From IMG/VR virus record IMGVR_UViG_3300005844_000001, positions 11,074 to 75,073 of that record: a stretch of 64,000 nt of DNA; one strand, 5' to 3'. Shown here one piece after another: positions 9,917 through 19,361 of this stretch (position 1 is its first letter; the number at the start of each line of letters is the position of its first letter). The translations under genes were made by a program, and so were the position numbers. This stretch comes from a virus (Duplodnaviria > Caudoviricetes). The notes under the pieces were generated by a model that saw only the letters and a program-made list of their open reading frames with translations, was not told the origin of the DNA and searched no databases.

Positions 9917-10393
9917 TTATTTCTTTTCGTTGGTTTGATAACTCAGCGCAGACGCGATGGCGCTTTGCAGCACCGCGAGGATTTGCTGCAGGTTAGTTTT
10001 AGCTTCCGGAGCGCCCCGATTGCTTTGGTAAGCGACTTTCGCCTTGTCGAGGTCGTTAATCCAAGTCTCGCCGTGAGCGCGGACTTCTTCAGCGAGCTTG
10101 TGGATAGCTGGCGACTTAGCGGCGAGCGTGGCTTCATTGTTACGTTCAAACTCCATAAACGATTTGAACGTATCGGCGGCCACTTTCCCCGTTTTCTCGG
10201 CGGCCACGACAAGCTTGTCAGCTTGAGCTTGAGTATCGTAGACGCCAGTACTCGGGTTGTAAGTCCCCGTCTGCGTGCCAGCGCAGCCCGAGCAACCGAC
10301 AAGGACCGCCGCCAAAGGCGGCATAAGAAGGAGAGAAGGAGTTGCGAGTGCGAGGGTCCCGGCCAGCATTAGTGAACTTAGAAGTTTCTTCAT
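9917..10393 (-). CDS. Putative lipoprotein / exported helical protein
   Basis: MKK plus a long hydrophobic stretch ending LVGC. Confidence 0.65.
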   Translation of the reverse strand: MKKLLSSLMLAGTLALATPSLLLMPPLAAVLVGCSGCAGTQTGTYNPSTGVYDTQAQADKLVVAAEKTGKVAADTFKSFMEFERNNEATLAAKSPAIHKLAEEVRAHGETWINDLDKAKVAYQSNRGAPEAKTNLQQILAVLQSAIASALSYQTNEKK

Positions 10394-10434
10394 ATTGACA
10401 TAGTAAGTTCCTTATCGACTAGAGACAAGCTAAT

Positions 10435-10472
10435 AAAAAACCCGCCCAGAAGGGCCACTTCCAGACGGGTTT
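10435..10472 (-). terminator. Rho-independent terminator
   Basis: Minus strand CCCGTCTGGAAG-tggcc-CTTCTGGGCGGG followed by TTTTTT. Confidence 0.8.
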
Positions 10473-10486
10473 GAACACCCAGACTT

Positions 10487-10714
10487 TCAGAGCTGTTTTT
10501 TTCTAGTGGCTGGCAGCTCTGTTTGACCAGTCACTAATTTTGAAGCTCTATCGATACGCGGCGGCAGAAGGCGGTCGAGTTTATCCAAAATCTTCCTTAC
10601 GTCCCTAGCTAGCTGGTCGATTGCGTCCAGCATCCGTTGTTCTTCGTTAGCGGTCACGGTTCGAGGAGCCGGAGGAACAGCTGGTTGGAGTTTGTGGGGA
10701 AGCACTCGGCCCAC
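10487..10714 (-). CDS. Hypothetical protein (start uncertain)
   Basis: Short coiled-coil-like ORF filling the gap before the terminator. Confidence 0.4.
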   Translation of the reverse strand: MGRVLPHKLQPAVPPAPRTVTANEEQRMLDAIDQLARDVRKILDKLDRLLPPRIDRASKLVTGQTELPATRKKQL

Positions 10715-11160
10715 TGATAATAAGTAGAGTTGTTAAGCACTTGCCCATCTACCCACGCCACTAAGTCGGTACTCCGTTGCACTCGCCACACGGCCAGCGG
10801 GTCGGCGTTAGTTACCATAACTGAAATGCAGCCGTTGGTCATCGGCTCCAGCACAAGCGCCGTCGGGTCGAAGCGGTGGGCAGTAACCGTAATCACCCCG
10901 CTCCCTCCGGTGTAGGGGACGCTGATAGACGTAGGGGTGATAGTGAATACGCAGTTAGTCGGTAGAGCAGCTGAGCGGAAAGTACGCGTCGGAATCGCTG
11001 GAGCTTGAGCTACCTGAATTGGAATAGCATAAAGCGGAGTATGCGTAGCCGCCAGCATCTCCCGCACCGGCCGAGCCGGAATCCGTAGCTGCGCGACGGC
11101 TTCAAGTATAAACGCAAAGCAGATTATTATTCCGGCCAGTCGAAGTAGGTTATTTTTCAT
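10654..11160 (-). CDS. Exported protein with BACON-like segment and verrucomicrobial-type C-terminal motif
   Basis: Signal peptide; CVFTITPTSISVPYTGGSGVITVTA; WRVQRSTDLVAW...LFLRL at the C-terminus. Confidence 0.6.
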   Translation of the reverse strand: MKNNLLRLAGIIICFAFILEAVAQLRIPARPVREMLAATHTPLYAIPIQVAQAPAIPTRTFRSAALPTNCVFTITPTSISVPYTGGSGVITVTAHRFDPTALVLEPMTNGCISVMVTNADPLAVWRVQRSTDLVAWVDGQVLNNSTYYQWAECFPTNSNQLFLRLLEP

Positions 11161-11549
11161 TTTGTATTTGTATGCACCCAAAAATCCACGATGTGTTTGA
11201 CGGACTTGCTGAACTGAGTAAAGTCAATGGACTTGATTACATAGGCATTAGTTCCGGCCCGATAGCAGTTTTCAATATCCAAGGGACTACTGGACGAAGA
11301 AAATACCACTATCGGCAAGCTGTAATAATCCGAGTTAGCGCGAAGAGCCTTGACCAGCTCCAGCCCGCTTAATTGCGGGAGGTGCAAATCGATAATCACA
11401 ACCGAAGGCAAATTAGAGCACTCGCGCAAGTAACTCACTGCTTGGGGACCGTCGATAACAAATGTAATTCGCTCTTTGTGCTCCCACTGGGACAAGATAG
11501 ATTGGATTAAAAGCCGGTCTCTCGTATTGTCTTCTACGAATAAAATCAT
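11157..11549 (-). CDS. Single-domain response regulator (receiver, Rcp1-like)
   Basis: ILFVEDN, IIDLHLPQLSGLEL (phospho-Asp), PIVVFSSS, CYRAGTNAYVIK. Confidence 0.92.
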   Translation of the reverse strand: MILFVEDNTRDRLLIQSILSQWEHKERITFVIDGPQAVSYLRECSNLPSVVIIDLHLPQLSGLELVKALRANSDYYSLPIVVFSSSSSPLDIENCYRAGTNAYVIKSIDFTQFSKSVKHIVDFWVHTNTK

Positions 11550-12127
11550 GAAACAATACCTTGTTTTAATGCTCTCTCCCTAACTATTCTGACCCGCTCA
11601 TCCGCCCGAGCTTGAGCTTCCATGTGGTCCAAGTAGTCTTTCTCCGCTGCCCGTGCGTTAGCTGCGTCTTCCGGAGTAGCCCCAGGACGTTGAAGAATAG
11701 CTAAAGCAAATTCCCAAGTCTTCTTCTTCTGAGCGCCCATCTTCGAATTCACATCTACGTGAATCTCTTCCATTTTGATTTGCTGGGCTACTGTTGCCTT
11801 AGTGAGCGAGTCTTTTACTTCTTTTGCAGCCCGAGCTGTCTCCAAGTTTTGTGCTTCCAGCTTGTCGCTCAATTCGCGGGACCGCTTTTCCAATTGCTGC
11901 TCGACCTGCTTCGCCACTTCTACTTGAGCGAGCCTCTGCTTCTCTAATTTCTCCGCCGTCTGCAAGCGAGCGAGCTCGGCAGCTTCAGCCACTCGTTTGG
12001 CTTTGTCCGCTTCCACCTTTTGTATTACAATGGAAATGATAATAGCTATCGGCGTGGCTATAGCTCCCCACTCTTTTATCTGTTCCACGAACGTGCCGCC
12101 GGCAGCAAATAAAATTAACTCGTTCAT
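11546..12127 (-). CDS. Membrane-anchored coiled-coil protein (holin- or spanin-like candidate)
   Basis: One N-terminal TM helix (AIATPIAIIISIVI) followed by a long coiled coil. Confidence 0.55.
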   Translation of the reverse strand: MNELILFAAGGTFVEQIKEWGAIATPIAIIISIVIQKVEADKAKRVAEAAELARLQTAEKLEKQRLAQVEVAKQVEQQLEKRSRELSDKLEAQNLETARAAKEVKDSLTKATVAQQIKMEEIHVDVNSKMGAQKKKTWEFALAILQRPGATPEDAANARAAEKDYLDHMEAQARADERVRIVRERALKQGIVS

Positions 12128-12130
12128 TTT

Positions 12131-12325
12131 TCAAAACGGTGGCGAAGAATTCCGGCCGAGTTCCAACAGGAGCTCATGTTCAATCCGGAGCCGCGCCAGC
12201 TCGTATCTTAGCTGGGCTACTTCGTTTGGGCAAGACATAGGCCAGCGTTCCTTCGGCAAGTCCAGCTTGTCGGTGGGCGCTGTCGTGCAGGCCGTGAGCA
12301 GCAAAAGGAAAAGGAAAAGTTTCAT
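12131..12325 (-). CDS. Small lipoprotein (o-spanin-like candidate)
   Basis: MKLFLFLLLLTAC lipobox; Pro-containing mature part. Confidence 0.55.
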   Translation of the reverse strand: MKLFLFLLLLTACTTAPTDKLDLPKERWPMSCPNEVAQLRYELARLRIEHELLLELGRNSSPPF

Positions 12326-13050
12326 TAAGGCAGTCCCCACTTGGCTTTCAAATAATTGGTATAGAGGTTGTCTACTTCAGCGTCTGTGCGGTAAGCAGTA
12401 TAAATAATCGCTTCGGCAATATCGCCGGCAAGCATAGAGAACACTGGGTTAGTGATACCCATACGGTCCAAGGTGAACGTCAGCGAAGTAGCAGTCGGCG
12501 TCCCAGTTCGATTAGTTATATTCTCCCGAAACTTTAGAGCAGTTCCGGTCCGACGCCATCCCATCGCGTGAACCGAACCGTGTGCTGTACTGAACGTCTG
12601 GCTTTGCTGGTCACTAGAACCATCGTAAATACTAATGTTCTCCACGCCGGAACGCCACCGTCGGAATTGCTGGTTAGCCGCGCTATTGCCGAAGAGAATA
12701 GAATCATTGGTTACCAACCCGACTACGATAATAGTAAAGTCGCCTGTTAGTGAAATCGTTGAGGTAAAACTTAGCTTGTCATTGTTCGGGCTCGATGCTC
12801 CATCAAAGCGCACAATTTTTCTACCATTGATGATGTTAGTTTTAACTTGAGGCTGATTCCCGGCAGTCGCCTGGACTAAATGATTGTTATTCCCACTGCG
12901 GTCCGTCCACTTAGCGCTGGCGTTATCGATTGGAGTTGCGTCGGCGTAAGTAAGATAGTCCGCGTCCCACCAGCCAGCAAGATTGCCGTAATCTGTCGGG
13001 GCAACTACCGTCACACTCGGCGCCAAAAAAGGTAAAGTAGAAAAGTTCAA
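12325..13050 (-). CDS. LamG/concanavalin-A-like lectin-fold virion protein
   Basis: LAGWWDAD..WTDRSGNNNHLVQ..VRFDG..GDIAEAIIY..YLKAKWG. Confidence 0.85.
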   Translation of the reverse strand: MNFSTLPFLAPSVTVVAPTDYGNLAGWWDADYLTYADATPIDNASAKWTDRSGNNNHLVQATAGNQPQVKTNIINGRKIVRFDGASSPNNDKLSFTSTISLTGDFTIIVVGLVTNDSILFGNSAANQQFRRWRSGVENISIYDGSSDQQSQTFSTAHGSVHAMGWRRTGTALKFRENITNRTGTPTATSLTFTLDRMGITNPVFSMLAGDIAEAIIYTAYRTDAEVDNLYTNYLKAKWGLP

Positions 13051-15617
13051 GGTTGTGCTTTGTAAGAGTAATAGACTAAAGCTTCAGTGGTCCCTTTGCA
13101 GTGCAGTGCCAGCACGCCTACTTTGTTAGCCGCAAGGCTCGCGTCGATAGCCGAGCCGATAGGAATCCAGCTGGAGTTGACTGCCAAGTTTCGCAGCGTG
13201 CCATCGCTCACAATCCAGATGGTTTTCTTCTTCCCGTCGCCCCGGTTGCTCGTCGTCATGCTAGTAACAGCGGCAGTGAGGGACATCGTCTCCTCCTCCG
13301 CTTCGTCAAAGTCCCAGACCGGCGTTGCGCTCGGTGTCTTGGTCGCGACCGCGGCCACAATGTTCAGCTTGCTTACTAAGTTCTTGCTTCCGTCAGTGGA
13401 GACATGCTGGGATGCGGTAAGGCCCGCAATGTTCACCGTGCCGGTAAAGCTCGGGCTGGCCAGCGGTGCTTTGAGCGCCAAGTCCGTATCTAAGTCGTAG
13501 CTGACTAGGTTCTTGCTACCGTCAGTTTTCACCCAGCGCGACGCAGTTAAGTTAGGAATGTTAGCTACTCCCGCCGTCAAGCTCAGCGCCGTTGACCCGC
13601 TATTCTGCAACAGGATTGTAGAGCCGCGAATCGTTATTGGAACCCACGCTGCCCCGCCCCGGTTGTAGCTGGTGATGTAAGAAATTCCGCCATTGTATTC
13701 CAGTTCAAAGCCGCCCGTGCCGCCGGGAGAAACCATGCTGCCGAGCACCTGGAGCCCGCCGGCCATTGAGTTGTCAATCCCCGTGACGCCAATCTGCAAG
13801 CGGTCGCTGGCGTCCAAGCCGAGAATTGTTTTGACTACTCCAGCAAAAGTCAGCGCGTTCAAGCTCTGCGCGTTAGCCAGCAGCGCGTAGCTAGGGAGCC
13901 AGCGGTATCCGGCAGTGAAGTTATTTATCGCGCTGGAAACAATTCCAGCCACTAGCGCGTAGCCGGTCGCGTTCAAGTGGATGGCGTCGACGTTGTAGTA
14001 GGTCGTGTTCGAGTAGGAGCCATCCGTTCCCAAGTGGGTATTGCTAGCTAAGTCCGCTAGCCCATCGGCGAAGGTCGGCCAGTGCAACCGAATCAAAGCG
14101 TTGAAGGTATTTTTCAGCGAGTCCAGCGTCGCGGCCCCAATACCCGTGCCTGTCCGGGAAATCATCGTGCAGACAATGACGCTCCAGCCCGCTTTGCGAC
14201 GGTAGTTGCAATAAGCAAGCAGCCGGTTGAATACAGTTTCGACGCTCGCTAAGTCTACCGCGAAGTCATTTGTCCCGCCCCAAATCACCACGACGTTCCG
14301 CCGCCCGCAGCGCGTAAATAACGTATCGACTGTATGGAAGGACGCATCCTGCATCATCAACAAAGTGCGGCCGCTCACTGCGGCTTGGGTTGCGGTGAAC
14401 GTCTCCGTAGTAGAGAGCCCCGCTTGATACGTGGCGACGGATAGCGAGTCTCCGTCGGTAACCAACGTGCTCGTTACTACCGCTGTGCCGTTCTTAGCAT
14501 CTTCCAAGCAGCGCCACTTCGTTGATGTATTGTCGTAGACTAAGAGCACTATTTGAGTAGGGATAACAATCAAGTCCTGCGTTAGGGAAAACTGGTTGCC
14601 GGCCGAGCTGGAACTGGAAAGCTTTTTTAGTACCAGGTTGAAGCTGCCCACGTTAGCCAGCGCGATTACCCGGCCCGAAGCTCCACCAGTCAACCCCGTC
14701 AAGTTGCGAGAAGCGTCAGTGCTCACCCGAATAATACTGGCGGCCGACAATCCAGTAGGCGCCCAGTCGTCAGTATCAGCGCTGAGTTGAGTGGGAGTAA
14801 TCACACCCGGTAGCGCGAAGCTTGTGCTCGCTTGCGTAACGACTGGCAAAGCAGCAGTGCCAGCCAAGTCTCCAGCCAGCTTGACCCGGCCCTTGAGTGC
14901 GGTCGTGGCGTCTTCTTCCGTATTGTCGATTTTATCCCATATCGTGCCGTTGAAAACAATCAAGTCCCCTACGTTCCATTCAGCAATACCATCAATCGAC
15001 GTAGTGCCAGCGACGCTTACCTTGTAGTAGAAGCCTTTAGTCCCGACTCCATCGGCCAGAGCCGGGGAATTCGTGCTGGAATTCCAAGTCCCCTGGTAAT
15101 TCAGTCCGCCGACAACTGCCGCCGGAAGGTCAGCTAGAACCAGAGAGCGGTAAGTCGGCGCGGCGTCAGCTCCAGTAGTCGGTCCGGCTTTGATTTTGTT
15201 GGCAGCTTGAGCATTTTCCGTTACCGCAAAACCACCTGCTCCGGTCACTGGCGAGCCGGCAACGCCGAAGTCTGACGGCATAGATAGAGCTACGCTGGTG
15301 ACTGTCCCCGCTCCCGGCGTCGGAATAATTACCCAGCCACGCTGCGTGCTTTCCGGGTCGCTATCTGGAATAATCAAGTCGGGAGAAGATTCCTGGTCGG
15401 TAGTCTCCTGGAGCTGATAGTGGGACAAGACGCCGGCGATGACTACTTTTACCGTAGTCCCCGTAACGATGCCAGTCACGTCGACGCCATCCAGGTTCCC
15501 CGCGCCGCCGCCAGTCAGTCCGGTAATACTCCACAACGGGAACGCCCACCGCGCTTTGTTCACCGCGTCGTCTACGTTGACGCCGGGATGTTCCGAAAGA
15601 TAAGGAGTTAGTGCCAT
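13047..15617 (-). CDS. Tail fibre/spike with internal SGNH (GDSL) esterase domain
   Basis: G/T/A/S-rich fibre segments (YQGTWNSSTNSP); SGNH blocks GDSLS, GGTND, DAIHLN. Confidence 0.85.
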   Translation of the reverse strand: MALTPYLSEHPGVNVDDAVNKARWAFPLWSITGLTGGGAGNLDGVDVTGIVTGTTVKVVIAGVLSHYQLQETTDQESSPDLIIPDSDPESTQRGWVIIPTPGAGTVTSVALSMPSDFGVAGSPVTGAGGFAVTENAQAANKIKAGPTTGADAAPTYRSLVLADLPAAVVGGLNYQGTWNSSTNSPALADGVGTKGFYYKVSVAGTTSIDGIAEWNVGDLIVFNGTIWDKIDNTEEDATTALKGRVKLAGDLAGTAALPVVTQASTSFALPGVITPTQLSADTDDWAPTGLSAASIIRVSTDASRNLTGLTGGASGRVIALANVGSFNLVLKKLSSSSSAGNQFSLTQDLIVIPTQIVLLVYDNTSTKWRCLEDAKNGTAVVTSTLVTDGDSLSVATYQAGLSTTETFTATQAAVSGRTLLMMQDASFHTVDTLFTRCGRRNVVVIWGGTNDFAVDLASVETVFNRLLAYCNYRRKAGWSVIVCTMISRTGTGIGAATLDSLKNTFNALIRLHWPTFADGLADLASNTHLGTDGSYSNTTYYNVDAIHLNATGYALVAGIVSSAINNFTAGYRWLPSYALLANAQSLNALTFAGVVKTILGLDASDRLQIGVTGIDNSMAGGLQVLGSMVSPGGTGGFELEYNGGISYITSYNRGGAAWVPITIRGSTILLQNSGSTALSLTAGVANIPNLTASRWVKTDGSKNLVSYDLDTDLALKAPLASPSFTGTVNIAGLTASQHVSTDGSKNLVSKLNIVAAVATKTPSATPVWDFDEAEEETMSLTAAVTSMTTSNRGDGKKKTIWIVSDGTLRNLAVNSSWIPIGSAIDASLAANKVGVLALHCKGTTEALVYYSYKAQP

Positions 15618-15621
15618 AAGC

Positions 15622-16110
15622 TTATTCTATAACCCAAAATTCAAAGCCGTCCGAAGTAATAAAGAGCACGTGGTCTGGACCGCTCTCTACTTCAAATGGA
15701 CCGTAGCCAACCAGCTCAGCTTCCGCGTCTATTTCCGACTTGTCAATCAAATCAATGCGAGCGGTTACCGACCATATTCCCTCCAGATACTCGCAAGCAT
15801 AGCCGCCGATAAATCTTACCATCCAAACAGTCAGCTCTGTATTCTTCGGATAGCGAAGCTCAAGCGAGAAAGCAGCGGCTCCATTGCCGAGAGTATCAGC
15901 AAAGAAAGTTTGGAAAGCAGCATACTGGGTTTCGTTCAAGCGCCAGCTGACCGAAGCGGGGACATAGAACTTGTCGAACCGAGAGCGGCGCACAATCGGC
16001 CCGTCGTCAAACGAGCTGGAGATGGTAGCGTTGCGGTTCGCGCCCGCGTAGTCGATAAAGGGCAACGGGAGCTCAGTGGGCCAAACAATATCGATGGTAA
16101 GGACGCTCAT
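15622..16110 (-). CDS. Distal tail / gpM-like minor tail protein
   Basis: Directly after the tape measure; WPTELPLP..RRSRF..VSWRL..LGNGAAAF. Confidence 0.75.
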   Translation of the reverse strand: MSVLTIDIVWPTELPLPFIDYAGANRNATISSSFDDGPIVRRSRFDKFYVPASVSWRLNETQYAAFQTFFADTLGNGAAAFSLELRYPKNTELTVWMVRFIGGYACEYLEGIWSVTARIDLIDKSEIDAEAELVGYGPFEVESGPDHVLFITSDGFEFWVIE

Positions 16111-18656
16111 TTGCCCCTCCGGCGCAAGTCGAAGGACTTCTCCATCGCAGTCGGCACCACGCCAGAACCGTTCCGGATATCTCCACTGATTTCATTCTTT
16201 ACCCGGCGAATCATTACCTCGATGACCCGCTCTGAGTCGTCGTTCTTTTCAGTTACTCGCGGCTGGACGTCCGTATAGTTGTTCACAACGACGCGCACCG
16301 GCTGGCTTCCGCCGAGCTTGTGGTTTGGAATAATCGTCCCCGACTGCGAAGGGGCGAAGAGCTCCGGCCCTCTTTCTCCGACGAGGAACGTGGAGCCAGG
16401 CGATACAGAACCGCCCATAGCTTTGCCACCAGCGAAAGTAAGCTTGACCGCCATCATACTGGAAAGAATCCCAGCCGTCTGCGAAGCAATAATAGCGACG
16501 GCGGCCAGCTTCTCCCAAATCGTTGTCCCCTGGGCAAACCCATCAGAGATAGCTTTCTGGATATTGAGCATGGCCGAAGCAATCGAGAAAGCTTTCTGCA
16601 TCGCGAACATGGCTTGATAGGCAACAGATTGCTTCCCTGCAGACTGCTCGACTATGGAAGCCAGCGTGCCAAACGTCGACTCGCCAGAAGCCAGAGCTAT
16701 CTGCTGCTGAGCTTGCGTCAGCTCTCTTACCTTGTTGTAATAATCAGTCAAGAGAGCCTTGCGCTTATCGTTGTGCTCTTTGTCGAGGCTCAACTCCAAA
16801 TCGTGGAATGACTTCAGCTTTTCTATTTCTCCTTTGTAAAAAGCAATCTCAGAACCCGGTCTTCTCCCCGATAGGCCCATCTTATCGATAGCCGCTGAAG
16901 CTTCTTCTACGCGCTTCTGGTGCGCCAGCGAGGCCGCGTTAGAAACCGCTACCGTCTTCTTGACACTCTTTTCTATCTCTTCGTTGTAGCCCTTAACGTG
17001 CGCGGTCGCTCCAGTAACTATCTTGCTGTATTCAGCGAGCAGTTTGTCGGAGAACTTGCCCTCTGTGACAATCTTCCCCAAGTATACAGAAGCCGCTGCA
17101 GCGTCTTTAACGAGCTTGTCTGCCAGCTTGTCTGCGTCGGAAGCGTCGATATTCAGTTTGAACTTGAGCTCATCGATATGCTTGCCACTCTTAGAGCCCA
17201 TCCAGTCCGGCAGCTTGTCCGTAATGGCGTTGATGGTCCGGATGGCCAAATTCGCTCCAGCGACAATTCCATTAATCGCGCCTTCTATTCCCCAAGTTAT
17301 TCCCTTGACTACTGCTCCAACAACTTTTAGCAGCCCCGCCAGCGCCAGCTCAATAGCAATCTCCACGCCGAGAAACCCGACTTTGAAATACATCCAAGCG
17401 TCGCCGACTGCCCCGATAGCCGTAATAAACGTATCGCGGAAAAGCTCAGCAGCATGCTCCGCCGTCTCGGCAAAGTGAGTCGTGTCGTCCGTCGCTTTCA
17501 GCATCCACTTGGCGCCCATTTGCAAGATGGGCATAATCGCCAGCCCAATGCCGAGCAGGAAGTCTTTTACCCGATTCCAAATCGTCGTCATCTGCTTGCC
17601 GAAAGTCTCGTAGGAAAGCTCCGCCGACTTAGCCAGAGCTTCGTGATGCTCCCATTCATGAGCTGACATGCCCATCGCTTTGGCAAAGAGCGCGGTATTG
17701 CCGGCGGCTTTGAGCAGGACTACATCAATCTGCGCGCCGCTTAACCCCAAATTTTCCAAGATACCAAGAACGTCCCCGCCACGCTTCTGCACTTGGTTCA
17801 GCCCATCCATAAAAGAAAGGATGGCTCCGGCCGCGTCTTCTTTGAAAGCTTTGGTAAAAGCGTCGCCAGTCATTCCAGCCGTCGCGGCAAACCGCTGGAG
17901 ATTCGCGTCCTGAGCCGCGACGGACTTCGTCATATCTCCGAGCATCTTGTTGAAAGCCATCCCTCCACGTCCGGCGTCGACTCCAGCCGAAGTCAGACCA
18001 GCCGACAAGCCCATAATCTGAGGCGCAGTCAGCCCGGCAGCTTTGCCCATAGCTCCGATTTTAGCGGTCATGTCCAGCACTTCTCCAGCCGAAGTAGAGA
18101 GACGAGCGCCAAGCTTGACTGCGCTGGAAGCAACTCGTTCCAGTTCATTCTGCGGAATTTCCAGTAGCTGCCCAAACCGGATAATCTGCTTGGAAGATTC
18201 CTCTACCGATTCGTGAGTTACCGTTCCGAAGTCTACCATCGTCTTGGTAAACTCGACTATGTTCTCTTTAGAGACTCCAAGCCTCAGCGCTGCGCTGGCT
18301 ACCTTGTTGATTTCATTTACGTTGACCGGAATCGCCCGGGAAAGTTCCCGAAATGCTTCCTCCAGCCGATGAGTATCGTAGTAGTTTCCTTGCATCCGTT
18401 TGGAGATAGCGAGGAAAGACTCTTCAAACTCGTCGGCCAGGTGGACTGCCGCCAGACCTACGGCAGTAAAAGCCGCTGCGGTAGTCGCCGCCAAGCCAGC
18501 AACTGCTTTAACCATCTTGTCAGAGCCCTTGCTGACCGCGACTACCGCGTGCTCCATCCCTTTGACGAGCTCGGTAGAGTCAGCAGTAAGTTTGAGAAGC
18601 AGAGTCCCCAAACTCCCCGCGCCGAGAGCTTCTAAGATATGGGCGGCTTCAGACAT
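16107..18656 (-). CDS. Tail tape measure protein (TP901-like core)
   Basis: Ala-rich helical protein; C-terminal FAGGKAMGGSV..VGERGPELF motif. Confidence 0.95.
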   Translation of the reverse strand: MSEAAHILEALGAGSLGTLLLKLTADSTELVKGMEHAVVAVSKGSDKMVKAVAGLAATTAAAFTAVGLAAVHLADEFEESFLAISKRMQGNYYDTHRLEEAFRELSRAIPVNVNEINKVASAALRLGVSKENIVEFTKTMVDFGTVTHESVEESSKQIIRFGQLLEIPQNELERVASSAVKLGARLSTSAGEVLDMTAKIGAMGKAAGLTAPQIMGLSAGLTSAGVDAGRGGMAFNKMLGDMTKSVAAQDANLQRFAATAGMTGDAFTKAFKEDAAGAILSFMDGLNQVQKRGGDVLGILENLGLSGAQIDVVLLKAAGNTALFAKAMGMSAHEWEHHEALAKSAELSYETFGKQMTTIWNRVKDFLLGIGLAIMPILQMGAKWMLKATDDTTHFAETAEHAAELFRDTFITAIGAVGDAWMYFKVGFLGVEIAIELALAGLLKVVGAVVKGITWGIEGAINGIVAGANLAIRTINAITDKLPDWMGSKSGKHIDELKFKLNIDASDADKLADKLVKDAAAASVYLGKIVTEGKFSDKLLAEYSKIVTGATAHVKGYNEEIEKSVKKTVAVSNAASLAHQKRVEEASAAIDKMGLSGRRPGSEIAFYKGEIEKLKSFHDLELSLDKEHNDKRKALLTDYYNKVRELTQAQQQIALASGESTFGTLASIVEQSAGKQSVAYQAMFAMQKAFSIASAMLNIQKAISDGFAQGTTIWEKLAAVAIIASQTAGILSSMMAVKLTFAGGKAMGGSVSPGSTFLVGERGPELFAPSQSGTIIPNHKLGGSQPVRVVVNNYTDVQPRVTEKNDDSERVIEVMIRRVKNEISGDIRNGSGVVPTAMEKSFDLRRRGK

Positions 18657-18665
18657 AATTTAGTT

Positions 18666-18988
18666 TCAGTTTTTCTTGCTAACGTCCAGCTGGAGGAACG
18701 CGGCCCAAGCCGCTTTAGATTTCTGCATCTTTTCTTTAGCTTCTTCGACTACTTCCGTTGTGCCAAGCAAGAAGTCCATCAGCTTGACTTTGTTCGGGTC
18801 AGCGACGAAAGAGCGCCGGACTTCGGAAGCGATTTGCGCCAGATACCAATCCTGCTTAGTCGTAACCCGCTGCTCCTGCTTCAAGTATTCCAGCCACTCG
18901 AGGAATTCGCTGAACGGCATTCGCTCGCGGAGCTCGTTGACTGGAATTCTTAAGTGAGAAGCAACGTCGAACCAGCCATACCGCTCGC
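18666..18988 (-). CDS. Tail assembly chaperone, frameshifted T portion (gpGT C-terminus)
   Basis: The -1 frame is open from the slippery site through RLSERYGWFDVASHLRIPVNELRERMPFSEFLEW. Confidence 0.85.
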
Positions 18989-19354
18989 TTAATCTTTTTT
19001 TGTGCCGTCGGCCGCTTCCTCTTTAGTCCCAGTGAGCAGGTTGATACGCTGCGCTTCGTCGAACAAGCTCGATACAGTTCCCGAAGGCCAGCTTTGAATC
19101 TCTTCCTTCTTTACGAGTATGCCCTCAACAGTATAAAGGCAGGAAGCGAGTAGCGCTGTTTGGAGCCCGTCGAACTTCTTTACCCCGGCCACCTTCCCCT
19201 TCTCGTCGAGCTTCATTCGCTCCCCCAGCTGGTCCAGATACTTGTCGCGCTGGCTGGCCGACATCTCCCGCAGCTCGTAGTGGACTTCTTTGCCGTCTAG
19301 CCCGGTGAGTATTACCGGCTCGGTCCGGGCCAGCAGAGTAAAGTTCAAACTCAT
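18989..19354 (-). CDS. Tail assembly chaperone (gpG-like)
   Basis: Between tail tube and tape measure; ends TKKD over an A7 run. Confidence 0.85.
   Translation of the reverse strand: MSLNFTLLARTEPVILTGLDGKEVHYELREMSASQRDKYLDQLGERMKLDEKGKVAGVKKFDGLQTALLASCLYTVEGILVKKEEIQSWPSGTVSSLFDEAQRINLLTGTKEEAADGTKKD
18994..19001 (-). other. Programmed -1 ribosomal frameshift site A AAA AAA G
   Basis: ACA AAA AAA GAT TAA; a -1 slip joins the 18666-18920 frame. Confidence 0.85.
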
Positions 19355-19361
19355 AAGACTC

